Below are positions 1 to 10,982 of a DNA stretch of 64,000 nt, in pieces (position 1 is the stretch's first letter; every line of letters starts with the position of its first letter). The notes below the pieces were generated by a model. That model had not been told where the DNA came from and searched no databases. It saw only the letters and a list, made by a program, of their open reading frames with translations. This stretch comes from an uncultured Rivularia sp. (GTDB lineage: Bacteria > Cyanobacteriota > Cyanobacteriia > Cyanobacteriales > Nostocaceae), in NCBI GenBank assembly GCA_963665115.1, contig OY762007.1:1408001-1472000 (forward strand), in the 5' to 3' direction. The position numbers were made by a program, and so were the translations under genes.

Positions 1-2481
1 AATCTATATCTCAAACCTCCTTGATTGCGAACGACAAAGCGAATCTACCTCAAATGCAATTTGACTTGGGTAAAGTCTTATTTGAAAAAGCAGACTTTGG
101 TAAAGCGGCTGAAGTTTGGCGGGATGCTGCTGCTGGTTTTGAACGTCAGGGAGATAAAATCAATCAAGCTTGGAGTCTGAGTCTTGTTTCTTTAGCTTTG
201 CAGAATCTGGGAGAAACTACAACAAGCCCAAACAGCTATCGATAAAAGTTTGATGTTGCTGCAAAACCAAAAAGGTAATACTGAAGTTTTGGCAGTAGCT
301 CTCAATACTAAAGGAAGTTTAAAAATTAAAATGGGGCAAGCCAACGAAGCCCTCAAAGCTTGGAAAGAAGCAGAACGCATTTACATAAAGCTCCATGACA
401 ACGATGGTAAAATAGGTAGTCAAATTAACCAAGCCCAAGCACTACAAGCAATGGGATTTTATCGGCGATCGCAAAAGTTGTTGGAGTCGGTAAATCAGAC
501 TTTACTTTCCCAGCCAGATTCTCAATTAAAGGTTCAAGGTTTGCAAACTTTGGGAGTGGCTTTACAACTGGTGGGAGATTTGAGTAAATCTCAGGAAGTT
601 TTAAAGCAAAGTTTAACTATATCCGAACGTCTTTCTCTCGATACCAGCGATATTTTATTTAGTTTGGGAAACACCGCTAGAGATTTAAAGCAAACTGAAG
701 CAGCTTTTAATTACTATCAACAAGCAGCAAATAACCCAAAAAATCCTTTCATACAAGTTGAAGCGCGACTCAACCAACTGAGCTTACATATCGAACAGTC
801 ACAATGGCAGCAAGCTTTTAGTCTACTACCACAAATTCAATCCCAGTTAGATACCATTCCTCCCAGTCGCAGTTCGATTTACGCCCTAGTCAATCTTAGC
901 AAAAGTCTTTCCAAATTAATGCAGGCTCCCGGCGCTAAAGCTTCCCTAAATCAAGATGCAGCAAGAATTTTAGCCAGTGCGATCGAACAAGCAGAAACCC
1001 TTAAAGACTCACGCTCTCAAGCATACGCTTTAACTCAACTAGGAAGCTTATACGAACAAACAAATCAATTCAGCGAAGCCTTAAAACTTTCCCGTCAAGC
1101 TTTACAAATAGCTCAAAATATAAATGCTTCTGACATCACTTATCAAGCAGCTTGGCAAGTTGGACGAATTCTTAAAAATAAAGGAAAAAATCAAGAGGCA
1201 ATTTCAGCTTACGATTCGTCGATCAAAATTCTGAAAACTCTACGCAGCGACTTAGTAGCAATCAACCGAGACGTACAATTCGACTTCCAAGAAAGCGTAG
1301 AACCAGTTTACCGCCAATTCGTTGACTTATTATTACAACCCGAATCATCTCTAACCAAAGGAATCTCCCAAAAAAATCTCAAACAAGCCCGCAATACCCT
1401 CGAAGCACTACAGCTAGCCGAACTAGATAACTTCTTCCGCGAAGCTTGTATCGATGCAAAACCAGAACAAATCGATCGAATCGACAAAACAGCAGCAATA
1501 ATTTACCCAATTATTTTAGATAACCGTTTGGAAGTAATCGCATCAATTCCCGGCAAACCTTTAACCAGCTACAAAACTAATTTACCAGAAGCAAAGATCG
1601 AGGCGACAATTAAGCGATTAAGATTCTCCTTAAACCCTGCTTACTCGCAACAACAAAGATTAAAAGTATATCAACAAGCATACGACTGGTTAATTAAACC
1701 GATAGAAACAGACTTAGCAGCAAACAACATCAAAACCCTAGCATTCGTATTAGATGGTTCCATGCGAAACATCCCGATGGCTGCTTTATACGATGGCAAA
1801 CAATACCTCGTAGAAAAGTATAGCGTTGCTCTATCTCCGGGATTGCAGCTAATGCAAGCGCGACAATTGAAAGGTAATAACCTCAACGTAATTGCAGCAG
1901 GATTAAGCGAAGCCCGTCAAGGATTCAAAGCCCTACCTGGCGTAAAATCAGAAGTAAAAGAAATATCGAACCAGGTAAAATCAACCTTGCTTGTCAACGA
2001 AAGTTTTACCGACAAAAACTTAGCAAAAAGTATTAAAACAACTCCATTTTCAATCTTACATTTAGCCACCCACGGGCAATTTAGCAGCAACTCAGAAGAG
2101 ACTTTTATACTTACCTGGGATGGAAAAATAAACGTCAAACAACTCAGCGAATTTCTCCGCTTCCGAGACTTGTCCGAATCCGAACCAGTAGAATTAATGG
2201 TACTCAGCGCTTGTCAGACAGCCAAAGGCGACAAACGAGCCATATTAGGATTAGCAGGAGTAGCAGTACGTTCCGGCGCACGCAGCACATTAGCTACATT
2301 GTGGGCAGTAAAGGACGAATCCACAGCCAAATTTATGGTTGAATTTTACAAACAACTTAATAAACCAGGAATTAGTAAAGCCGAAGCCCTACGACAAACT
2401 CAAATAACTTTTTTAAGAGACGAAACCTTAACCCACCCCTTTTATTGGGCACCGTTTATATTAGTTGGGAATTGGATTTAA
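1..2481 (+). CDS. TPR-repeat + CHAT domain protein, 5'-truncated by window edge, frameshifted near 213-216
   Basis: TPR-like repeats followed by CHAT motifs ILHLATHGQF, LMVLSACQTAKGD, HPFYWAPFILVGNW. ORFs 21..245 and 250..2481 join if one A is removed from gaaa (reads GELQQAQTAIDKSLMLLQ). The frame is open back to position 3. Confidence 0.9.
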
Positions 2482-2495
2482 TTGGGCATAAGGGA

Positions 2496-2533
2496 TTGGT
2501 AATTGGTAATTGGTAATTGGTAATTGATAATTG
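2496..2533. repeat. Heptameric short tandem repeat (TTGGTAA)n, STRR-like
   Basis: About 5 tandem copies. The same unit or its complement recurs at ~6436-6470, ~19201-19272 and ~20500-20541. Confidence 0.85.
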
Positions 2534-2590
2534 AGTAGCTAGTAATTCTTGTTTATGATAGTAGGAATGTAAATACAAATTCCTCAATCC

Positions 2591-3445
2591 ATGCAGGCAA
2601 TAAATGGCATCAGTCAACGCGAACTTTGTGAGTTGTTAGGGCTGGATTATCAAGCCGTTGCAGCTTCAGCCAAAGAGCAGGGAATAAGTCAAAATGCTTA
2701 TCTTCAACAAGAAACTGGCTGGGTTTTCAAAGACGAACTTTATTATCCACCAGATACGGATAGGGAAACCGAAACCGCTCAAAACAAACCAAAATCCCCA
2801 TCCCGACGCAAAAAATGGGTTGATATTTTGGGATTTGTTTGTGTGGGAATCGCTCTGGTTGGGGCCATAACTTTTGTCAATCAGGTGGGTATTGAGCAAA
2901 TTCGTGCCAATGTAGATAAATTAGGAATTTGGGCACCTATTGCTTTATTATTGCTGCGAACGGTAAGCGTTGTGATTCCGGCAATTCCTAGTACCGCTTA
3001 TTCGGTTTTAGCAGGTACTTTATTTGGCTTTTGGAAAGGAATTATTGTAATTTTCATCGCCGATTTTGCTGCTTGCTGTTTAAATTTTTATATTGCTAAA
3101 CGTTTTGGTCGTAAAATTGTCCAAAGGTTTGTCGGGGAAAGGTTTATAGATAAAGTTGATAATCTTGCATCGAAGCATCTTGAAGATAATATCTTTTTAG
3201 TAGCTGGATTTTTGATGACTGGATTATTTGATTTTGTTTGCTACGCTGTCGGGCTTACGGAAATGCCTTGGCATAAATTTATCCCAGCTTTGATTTTAGG
3301 AATAGTAGTTTCCACACCTCCGATTGTTGCTTTGGGTGCTGGTGTATTCAATCAAGCAAGATGGATGCTCGTACTTGCGATGTTGGGTATGTTTGGTTTG
3401 GCTATTTTTACGGGATGGTTGAATAAGAAACGCAGTAAAAGTTAG
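2591..3445 (+). CDS. TVP38/TMEM64 (DedA/SNARE-associated) membrane protein with small N-terminal soluble extension
   Basis: Motifs PAIPSTAYSVLAGTLFGFWKG, FYIAKRFGR, FDFVCYAVGLTEMPWHKF; several TM segments. Confidence 0.85.
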   Translation: MQAINGISQRELCELLGLDYQAVAASAKEQGISQNAYLQQETGWVFKDELYYPPDTDRETETAQNKPKSPSRRKKWVDILGFVCVGIALVGAITFVNQVGIEQIRANVDKLGIWAPIALLLLRTVSVVIPAIPSTAYSVLAGTLFGFWKGIIVIFIADFAACCLNFYIAKRFGRKIVQRFVGERFIDKVDNLASKHLEDNIFLVAGFLMTGLFDFVCYAVGLTEMPWHKFIPALILGIVVSTPPIVALGAGVFNQARWMLVLAMLGMFGLAIFTGWLNKKRSKS

Positions 3446-3483
3446 ATGTTTCACGCTTGATAGAATACAAACTCAACCTCTTG

Positions 3484-5883
3484 ATTAAACTCAACGAGGT
3501 TGTCACCAACCCCGTTGGTCTTCAAAACCGGACATGAAACTTTCACTTCATCCGGCTCCTCAATATCTCGGTGCTTGTTACACACACCTCGTACCGCGCT
3601 TATCTGTGGCGGTTTTTTCATCGTGGCAATGTCGATGTAATAATTGGAAATTTTTGTATTCATCCTTACCACCTTGAAAGCGGGGAATGATATGGTCGAT
3701 TTCCATTAAATCATCTTCTTTAAAGTAGAGTCCACAATGAGAACATTTACCTTTTTGCTTTTTGAGAAGTAATGAAATTCTCTTGTTAGCTTCCGGGTGT
3801 TTTCCCATTCTGGAACTCCAGTAGACCCAATCTCCGTCAAAAGGACTTCTTTTTGCTTGCACTTTTATATGCCTTAAAATAGAAGTTTCTGTATGTCGGG
3901 AAATCTTTTTAAATGAGTCTTTTTCAGTCTTTGCGAATCTCCAACCACCACCTTTATCAATCAGCCAGTATTTGTTAGATATCCAATATTGGCTTTTTGT
4001 TGGGTGGCGGTGAACTGCCCAGTTTTTTAATTGCTGGTACATCCAGTTATCTAGCGTCGAATATGCCTCACTACTTACTACTGAGGAAAAATAATTAGAC
4101 CATCCCGTTATTACCGGATTGAGTTCATTAATAAGTTTCAACTGTGTTGATGCTTTATGAACGTTGATGATTTTCTTAATTTTCTGTCGGTGTTTCTTAA
4201 GGCTTTCGTTACTAGGTTTGATAAGTGTTTTAAACCCAAGTGGTTTTCCAACAGTGTTCTTTCCTGATTGATATTTCCCAACCGGAAACTGCCTGATGGT
4301 GTGTCCCAAGAAGTTGAAACCCGTGCTTCCCTCATACTCTATGGTGTGAGAAATTCTTGTTTTACTAGGTTTAAGTTCTAGTCCCACTTCTTTTAACCAT
4401 TCAGATATTATTATTTGACATTGCTGTACTACCTCTAAATCTTCGTGTAAAATTACGAAGTCATCGGCAAAGCGAATTAGATGAGCGGCATTACGACGGG
4501 CTGCCACTTTGTTCTTTTCCCAGAAAACCTTTTCCGGAAAAGCTTGTCTAATTCGTTCTTCCATTCCATGAAGGGCAATGTTTGCTAATAATGGCGAACA
4601 AATGCCACCTTGTGGTGTACCTTCTTCTGTTGGAAATAGCTTTTTACTGTCTATCACCCCTGACTTTAGCCATGCTTTAATTTGACGGCGTATAGTAGGG
4701 GAGGTATTCAGTTTTGTCAATAATTTTGAATGGTCAATTCGGTCAAAACATTTCGCAATATCCGCGTCAAGCACATATTTGGCTTTAGTTTTTATTGCTA
4801 AAAATATCGCGCCGATTGCATCATGGGGTGAACGTCCCGGTCTAAAACCGTATGAATTTGGCTCAAATTTAGCTTCCCATTCGGGTTCCAGAGCCATTTT
4901 CACTAATGCTTGTAATGAGCGGTCTTTTATTGTGGGTATTCCTAAAGGGCGTTTTTCATCTGTTCCCGGTTTAGGAATCCAAATTCTACGTGTAGGTTTG
5001 GATTTTCCGGTTAAATTTAATCGCCTAACTAGCTTTAAACGTGCTTCTGGGGATAGTAGTTTAATCCCATCCACTCCTGCCGTCTTTTTACCAGTATTAT
5101 CTTGTGTTACCCGACGTACCGCTAAACATTTTGATGACCAAGACCTTATCAAAGTTCTTTGGAGTCGCCTGACTGTTTTGACATCGCCACGTTCTGAGGC
5201 TTTGAATATGCGTTTTTGCAGCTTAAAAACTCTCCTTTCTAGCTTACGCCAGGGGATGTTTTTCCATTCCATCATCGGGTTTTCAATCCGTGCTTTAGAC
5301 ATATATACTGCTACTCATACCTATTCAATCCAAGACATCGTGTCTACGTCTGCTTATCCCAATAATTACTTTGGGCATTGGCTTCTTAGACAATCTTTCC
5401 GCCTTGTTGCATCCGGTTAGTACCTACTCATGGTTTCGACCTACACATGAGAGCGAACAAGGGGTTACTTCGTTCCTGATAATCGTTAGTTGAATCGTTA
5501 GGATGATGCTCTTTGCCGGGTTTATTGGGAGTGCATATTGGTCGGAAGTGTAACCGCCAATCCCGTTATCCTTTACCTTTTGGTTATAGCCTATCAGCTT
5601 TATTTGGCTATTGACCTGTGACGACAATTCGGACACATCTTTGCTTTTGCTATCCATAGATTCATGCTCGATGGGAACCAGATTAAGCTTCCAGTTTTAC
5701 CACCTTTTCACCCCGCTTTACGGATTGATGACTAGTCGCTACCGTAGGGGTGATGCTGTTACCCCGGCACCTGGGGAGAAGGACTTACACCTTCACGATT
5801 ATCAAGTTGTCAAGGTTCAGTTTTTATCCTTTCCTTGCCACCCGTCCCTGAGTTTTTGCTCATTTAGGATGAACGAATCGCAC
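3484..5883 (-). mobile_element. Group II intron (IIB-like), full length, 2400 nt
   Basis: 5' end GTGCGATTCGTT at 5883. Domain V/VI GAGCCGGATGAAGTGAAAGTTTCATGTCCGGTT...GTTGAGTTTAAT ends at 3484. Internal RT ORF. Candidate EBS1 ACACUU (5551-5546, in a CGG/CCG stem-loop) pairs with the 5' exon end GAGUGU. Confidence 0.92.
3578..5302 (-). CDS. ltrA: Group II intron reverse transcriptase/maturase with C-terminal HNH endonuclease
   Basis: KRPLGIPTIKDR, SYGFRPGRSPHDAI, GTPQGGICSPLLANIALH, RFADD, domain X LNPVITGWSNYF, HNH EIDHIIPR...LLHRHCHDEKT. Confidence 0.96.
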   Translation of the reverse strand: MSKARIENPMMEWKNIPWRKLERRVFKLQKRIFKASERGDVKTVRRLQRTLIRSWSSKCLAVRRVTQDNTGKKTAGVDGIKLLSPEARLKLVRRLNLTGKSKPTRRIWIPKPGTDEKRPLGIPTIKDRSLQALVKMALEPEWEAKFEPNSYGFRPGRSPHDAIGAIFLAIKTKAKYVLDADIAKCFDRIDHSKLLTKLNTSPTIRRQIKAWLKSGVIDSKKLFPTEEGTPQGGICSPLLANIALHGMEERIRQAFPEKVFWEKNKVAARRNAAHLIRFADDFVILHEDLEVVQQCQIIISEWLKEVGLELKPSKTRISHTIEYEGSTGFNFLGHTIRQFPVGKYQSGKNTVGKPLGFKTLIKPSNESLKKHRQKIKKIINVHKASTQLKLINELNPVITGWSNYFSSVVSSEAYSTLDNWMYQQLKNWAVHRHPTKSQYWISNKYWLIDKGGGWRFAKTEKDSFKKISRHTETSILRHIKVQAKRSPFDGDWVYWSSRMGKHPEANKRISLLLKKQKGKCSHCGLYFKEDDLMEIDHIIPRFQGGKDEYKNFQLLHRHCHDEKTATDKRGTRCV

Positions 5884-5966
5884 ACACTCCCCATGTCTAA
5901 AGACAAGGGGATTCTTAGTTCGCAGGGACACCAAATGTGGTGAAGTACTACTACTCCGCCACATTA
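5884..5966 (-). mobile_element. IS200/IS605-family right-end remnant (tnpB omegaRNA-like/PATE), interrupted by the intron; last 3 nt CAA lie at 3483-3481
   Basis: Joined exons read GAACTAAGAATCCCCTTGTCTTTAGACATGGGGAGTGT|CAA, a subterminal hairpin plus TCAA end typical of IS605-group right ends. An upstream ATGTGG...CCACAT hairpin is present. No tnpA/tnpB ORF. Confidence 0.65.
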
Positions 5967-6481
5967 ATTTTGATGGTACTGTTGACATAAAGAATCTTTT
6001 CACCATATTATTTCGTGTTGAAAAGATATTTTTTAAGATAGAAATACTTTTGTGTTTTAAGAGATTTATAGTAACAACTATTAAGCTAGATCGGTAATTT
6101 AACGTATAAATAATCGATCGTTAAATGCTCGCTAAATCTGATACAAATATCACTGTTAAATGGTGATAAATTTAATATATATAAAAGTGTAGTTTTTTAA
6201 TATTGTAGGATATTCCTCTTTAATCGCTCGTTATAAATAGATTAAGGAGCCTACTTGTACAATAAAATAATCAGTGATAATGGTGCGTTGGGCACCAAAA
6301 TACATATTTCACAATCCGAATTAGCTCTCACTCCATAACACAATGGCAATCTTAAGGTTCGTAAATCTACATCCGAACACTTGCTATCTTTTTGCGGAAA
6401 CGCTCCGCTAACAACCATAGTGTTCTTCGCCAATTTACCAATTACCAATTACCAATTACCCATTACCCATTACCCTTTATC

Positions 6482-8332
6482 GTGTTAATTTGCCAAGTTC
6501 CTAATTGTTCAAATCCCTTCAATGTAGAAGGTAATAAACATTGTATCAGTTGTGGAGGAAGCAATTTTGGTAAATTTTTGAGGAACCGTTATCGCGTATT
6601 AAAATTGTTGGGAGAAGGTGGTTTTAGTAAAACTTATGCTGCTGTTGATGCAGATAGATTAGATGCACCTTGCGTTATTAAGCAGTTTTTCCCTCAAGTG
6701 CAAGGAACGAAAGCACGGGCTAAAGCAGCTCAGTTATTTCGAGAAGAAGCATTTCGTTTGTACGATTTGGGCGAAAATCATTGGCAAATTCCCAGATTAT
6801 TGGCTTTCTTTGAACAAGGTTCGAGTCTGTATTTGGTGCAGGAGTTAATTGAAGGGCAAACTCTTCTAGATGAACTTGATGATTTTACTTTTGATGAGGA
6901 ACGAATTAGAGGAATTTTGACCGATTTATTGCCAGTTTTAAATTTTATTCATTCTAATAAAGTAATTCATCGCGATATCAAACCCGAAAACATTATTCGT
7001 CGCAAGAGCGACGGAAAACTGGTATTAATTGACTTCGGTGGAGCAAAGCAAGTTACACAAACAAGTTTAGCAAGACAAGCTACAGTAATTTATACGATTG
7101 GTTATGCACCTGCCGAACAAATGGCTGGATTTGTATTTCCCGCAAGCGATTTATATGCTTTGGGGGTAACTTGCGTAAGGCTTTTAACTAAATGTTTACC
7201 TTTTCCAGATGATAGCGGACAATTTGATGACCGTATTTATGATGCCATGAATGGTGAATGGTTGTGGCGAAATATTCTACAAGAAAAAGGTATTACAATT
7301 AGCGAGCAATTAGGAAGAATTTTAGATAAATTGCTGCAACATTTAGTTAAAAATCGATATCAATCGGCAGCAGAAGTACTTGAAGATTTAGAACTTGAAA
7401 AATTAAAGTCGCCATTACCATCCAATAAAAAGCTTGAAACTTCAACAATTTTCCAAGCAGTTTCATCAATACCACAACCAGCATCACCCAGCTTGCAAAG
7501 CTTTGAATTTAATGTGGTAAAAGTAGACGAAACGGGTAGTTTAATTAAACGCTGGCGTAGAAAAGCAGACTTATTTATACAAAATTTGGTTGGTGAAATA
7601 AACCTGGAAATGATATCAATTCCCGGCGGTAGCTTTATCATGGGTTCGCCTTTGAATGAAGGAGATACAGACGAACGTCCGCAACATATCGTCACTTTAA
7701 AACCATTTTTTATGGGTAAATACCCAATAACTCAAGCTCAATGGAAAGCCGTCGCATCATTACCAAAAGTCAATCGTGCTATAAATCCCAACCCATCAAA
7801 ATTTAAAGGTGGGATTTTACCAGTTGAAAACGTATCTTGGTACGAAGCACAGGAATTTTGTGCGAGACTGCGAGAAAAAACCGGACGAGAATATCGTTTA
7901 CCCAGCGAAGCAGAATGGGAATATGCTTGCCGTGCAGGTACTAGCACCCCCTTTAACTTCGGTAAAAGCATTAATCCCGAATTGATCAACTGCAACATCG
8001 ATAAATATCATTCAATAGAAGCAATAAAAAAACACTATAAACAACCAAAACCCGTAGGCAGCTCCGGGCTAGCTAACGACTTTGGATTATACGATATGCA
8101 CGGGCAGGTATGGGAATGGTGCGCCGATCCTTGGCATAAAAATTACGAGAAAGCACCCACAGACGGAGCCGTTTGGCACTCCGGTGGAGACTTACATCGT
8201 CGAGTACTTCGCGGAGGCTCGTGGAATTTCAGTTCCTATTGTTGCCGTAGCGCTAGTCGTAGCTGGAACGAAACTGAAGGAGGGTTGAGGATGTGCGGTT
8301 TTCGATTGGTTGTTGGGAATGGGCATTGTTAA
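6482..8332 (+). CDS. Ser/Thr protein kinase fused to formylglycine-generating enzyme (SUMF1/FGE) domain
   Basis: N-terminal Cys ribbon, LGEGGFSKTY, HRDIKPEN, LIDFGG, then RLPSEAEWEYACRAG, FGLYDMHGQVWEWC, VLRGGSW. Start placed at GTG 6482 because the upstream part of the ORF runs through a heptamer repeat. Confidence 0.93.
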   Translation: MLICQVPNCSNPFNVEGNKHCISCGGSNFGKFLRNRYRVLKLLGEGGFSKTYAAVDADRLDAPCVIKQFFPQVQGTKARAKAAQLFREEAFRLYDLGENHWQIPRLLAFFEQGSSLYLVQELIEGQTLLDELDDFTFDEERIRGILTDLLPVLNFIHSNKVIHRDIKPENIIRRKSDGKLVLIDFGGAKQVTQTSLARQATVIYTIGYAPAEQMAGFVFPASDLYALGVTCVRLLTKCLPFPDDSGQFDDRIYDAMNGEWLWRNILQEKGITISEQLGRILDKLLQHLVKNRYQSAAEVLEDLELEKLKSPLPSNKKLETSTIFQAVSSIPQPASPSLQSFEFNVVKVDETGSLIKRWRRKADLFIQNLVGEINLEMISIPGGSFIMGSPLNEGDTDERPQHIVTLKPFFMGKYPITQAQWKAVASLPKVNRAINPNPSKFKGGILPVENVSWYEAQEFCARLREKTGREYRLPSEAEWEYACRAGTSTPFNFGKSINPELINCNIDKYHSIEAIKKHYKQPKPVGSSGLANDFGLYDMHGQVWEWCADPWHKNYEKAPTDGAVWHSGGDLHRRVLRGGSWNFSSYCCRSASRSWNETEGGLRMCGFRLVVGNGHC

Positions 8333-8932
8333 GAGTAGAAAGTAGAGAGTAGAGAGTTAATCACTTTTTATTATTGTCATAAATGTCGCTACTCATTACT
8401 CATTACTCATTACTTTCTTATACTTATCTGCTGAAATTGGGAAACCTATAATTAAGCGATTTTGTATACAAATTTATGAATAAACCTTTGGCAAATAAAT
8501 ATAAGTCAGCGGTTGCTTTTAGTGCTTCATTTTCAAGTTTATCCCAATTCGACAGAAGCCATTGAAAAGGAAATTAGGTATGACAGAAGAAGTACGCGCA
8601 AAAATTTTCAATCCCTTCTATACAACAAAACCAGTCGGAAAAGGGACTGGTTTAGGGTTAGCAATTAGTTATCAAGTTGTTGTTGATAGACACCACGGAG
8701 AGTTGAACCGTTCTTCCACTCCGGGAGAAGGTACGGAATTTGCGATCGAGATTCCGGTTAAGCAGGTGAGTGGGTGAGGGGGAGATGGGGAGACAAGAGG
8801 ACATTATTAAAGTAGTGAGTAATGAGTAATAAGTAGTGAGTAGCGACATTTATGACAATAATAAAAAGTGATTAACTCTCTACTCTCTACTCTCTACTCT
8901 CTACTCTCTACTCTTAACAATGCCCAATTCCC
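8315..8932. repeat. Long inverted repeat pair (arms 8315-8416 and 8809-8932) around a ~390-bp spacer
   Basis: Left gggcattgttaagagtag...gttaatcactttttattattgtcataaatgtcgctactca is the reverse complement of right tgagtagcgacatttatgacaataataaaaagtgattaac...ctactcttaacaatgccc; arms differ mainly in heptamer copy number. Confidence 0.9.
8577..8777 (+). pseudogene. Histidine kinase HATPase_c C-terminal fragment
   Basis: GMTEEVRAKIFNPFYTTKPVGKGTGLGLAISYQVVVDRHHG...GEGTEFAIEIP (F and G2 boxes only, no H/N box). Confidence 0.85.
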
Positions 8933-8936
8933 ATTC

Positions 8937-9911
8937 TTAAACCAATTTCAAGTCAGCATACTCGGCTAATAAATCATCGCTGGTTAAGGTGTCACCATTA
9001 GCTTGGGGTGTCCACAATATCTCGAATGCGAGCAGTTTATCGCTGGGAATACCGCCAAATTGACTTAGTGCTTGACGCAAATCGTCGGAACTGTTGATGT
9101 TGGGAATTTCGGTTTTACCTAAAGTTGCTGCGAGTAAGGTAACAACTATATATTCTCCGGGACCTTGGGTAATTAAATCGGTGGGATTTTCTAGTTCTCC
9201 GGTGGATGGTAAAGCGTTTTTGGCTGTAGCAGATTTCAACTGGTTGTTGACGTTGGTTAATGTTTCTTCACTAAACTTGCTACGCTCTGCTAAGGATAAA
9301 CGGTTAAATTCTGATTCTGCTGAATTCAAACGTGCTTGTTTTGTACCGCCTCCTGCATAAACCCAATATTCGGGGTGACGCATTAAAGCAAGACTGGCTT
9401 CTTGTAATACTTGCGCTCTACCAATTGAGGACTCGGTATCGGCAGTTTCGGCAAGGTGATTTAGCTCGGTTTGTAGATCGCGGGCTTGAGCTAATAAGCC
9501 TACCTGCAAGCGAGTTACGGAAATTTGAGGGTTGCTGCTGTAGCCCATTTCTTCCCCTCCATCGCTAGCAACTCTACGGAAGGTTTGTACTGCAAAGTTA
9601 GCTAAAGCAAAGAAAATTAAGATCCCAAATAAACCTCCGAATCCTCCACCTATACCTATAAAGGGGAATAGGAAAGGAAAACCAAATCCACCTCCGGGAT
9701 AACCTCGATATCCACCTCCGGGAGGAGCATATGTGCGAGGAGATGAGTAACCACGGCTTGAAGGCATTCTGAAGGAACCGCCCCCAATTCTTCCTCCGCT
9801 ACCACGGGCTAAGGCTCCGGGTGCTTGGCTAAATACCAATGTAAACGCGAGGAACAGAACTAAGAGGGGTTTGGAAAGCCGTTTGATGGCATTTTGTAGT
9901 TTTTTACGCAT
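8937..9911 (-). CDS. DUF1517 family membrane protein (FLAP1-like)
   Basis: Signal peptide, ARGSGGRIGGGSF Gly-rich segment, TM, LQVGLLA, LMRHPEYW, EILWTPQ...DTLTSDDLLAEY. Confidence 0.9.
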   Translation of the reverse strand: MRKKLQNAIKRLSKPLLVLFLAFTLVFSQAPGALARGSGGRIGGGSFRMPSSRGYSSPRTYAPPGGGYRGYPGGGFGFPFLFPFIGIGGGFGGLFGILIFFALANFAVQTFRRVASDGGEEMGYSSNPQISVTRLQVGLLAQARDLQTELNHLAETADTESSIGRAQVLQEASLALMRHPEYWVYAGGGTKQARLNSAESEFNRLSLAERSKFSEETLTNVNNQLKSATAKNALPSTGELENPTDLITQGPGEYIVVTLLAATLGKTEIPNINSSDDLRQALSQFGGIPSDKLLAFEILWTPQANGDTLTSDDLLAEYADLKLV

Positions 9912-10982
9912 GATACAGTCAGTTAAAAACGATATTATCTATAGTTGATGTTGATGCCAATTTTATTAACAATTTAAAGGATATATTCTTTAATTTTGCT
10001 TGCTGTCTTCCGTTCTTAACAGCGCGGCTGATTGGCACTTTTACTTTTACTTTTAGTTGCTTTACTGGCTACATATTTAATTTATCGCTTCTGACTATGG
10101 TTAGACAGTGACCCTTGGAGGGAAATCCACTGTAGATAACCGTACCTTAATAGTTCAACAGAACGAGCATAACTTCACTTTTTTTTAGCTAACCGCTTGC
10201 TCTTAATCAATTTAGTGGTAGTAATAGCCACTTTTTACTATCTTGTTATGTCATTCAGTACTTATCTATATTGATATTTGTAATGAGAAGGACTGAAAGC
10301 AATCTACTAGTATATTTTATTACCTCTTGTTTCTAAGAGATTTATGTATCTAGGAATACAATTATATTTAAAATTTTGATGAAGTAAGATTAATTAAATT
10401 TTAGCTAATTATAACAGCACTACGCAGGAGCAACCGTAAATACACTATTCTAGACATTGATAACTCCTTAACTTGGCTGTTTGAAGCGATATTTTTCTAA
10501 GTACTGTATAAGAAATATTACTCTCCGTATTAAATTTGTGTGTAGCAAGCTTGTTATGCAAGTGGCGATTACTAATTTATTTGCGCGTGAGTTTACTGAT
10601 TCGGTCAACAAGCTTTTTTTCTCTGGCATTACGTATATAGACTATTTTTGAGTTAACATCAAGCAAGTATATCTTTCAGGTAAATTATGAACGTAATTAT
10701 TTGTAAGTAGTAATTCTTATTTATATCGATCTAACTATACTAAACGTAAATGCAGTATCGCTTACCGGAGGATAAATCTACTTTTATTTGGGGTTGGCAT
10801 CAATAGCTTTGGGCAGACAGCTTTAAGAGTGGAAAACTAGCGTACAAGCTTATTATTCAAGCAATTTGTAATCCTTGAATGCTATACCTTTCCTAGACTA
10901 AAGCGTGGTTATCAAGATATTAACGTTGCACCATCCCTTGTGGATCAACGTGTTTGTCAAGTATCAGAAGGGTGAAAAGCTA

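Noticed and set aside
3451..3672. 73-aa ORF or a possible protein-coding 3' exon (QEVEFVFYQA)
   Set aside because: It runs through intron domains V/VI, and the 5' exon is a hairpin with no convincing upstream ORF, so the host is not a protein gene.
5590..5605. Possible EBS2 (UAAAG) pairing with CUUUA in the exon hairpin loop
   Set aside because: Only 5 nt and at non-canonical spacing from IBS1; cannot be supported without folding the intron.
4779..5943. ORFs 4779..5420, 5424..5657, 5611..5943
   Set aside because: Antisense to the RT or within structured intron RNA.
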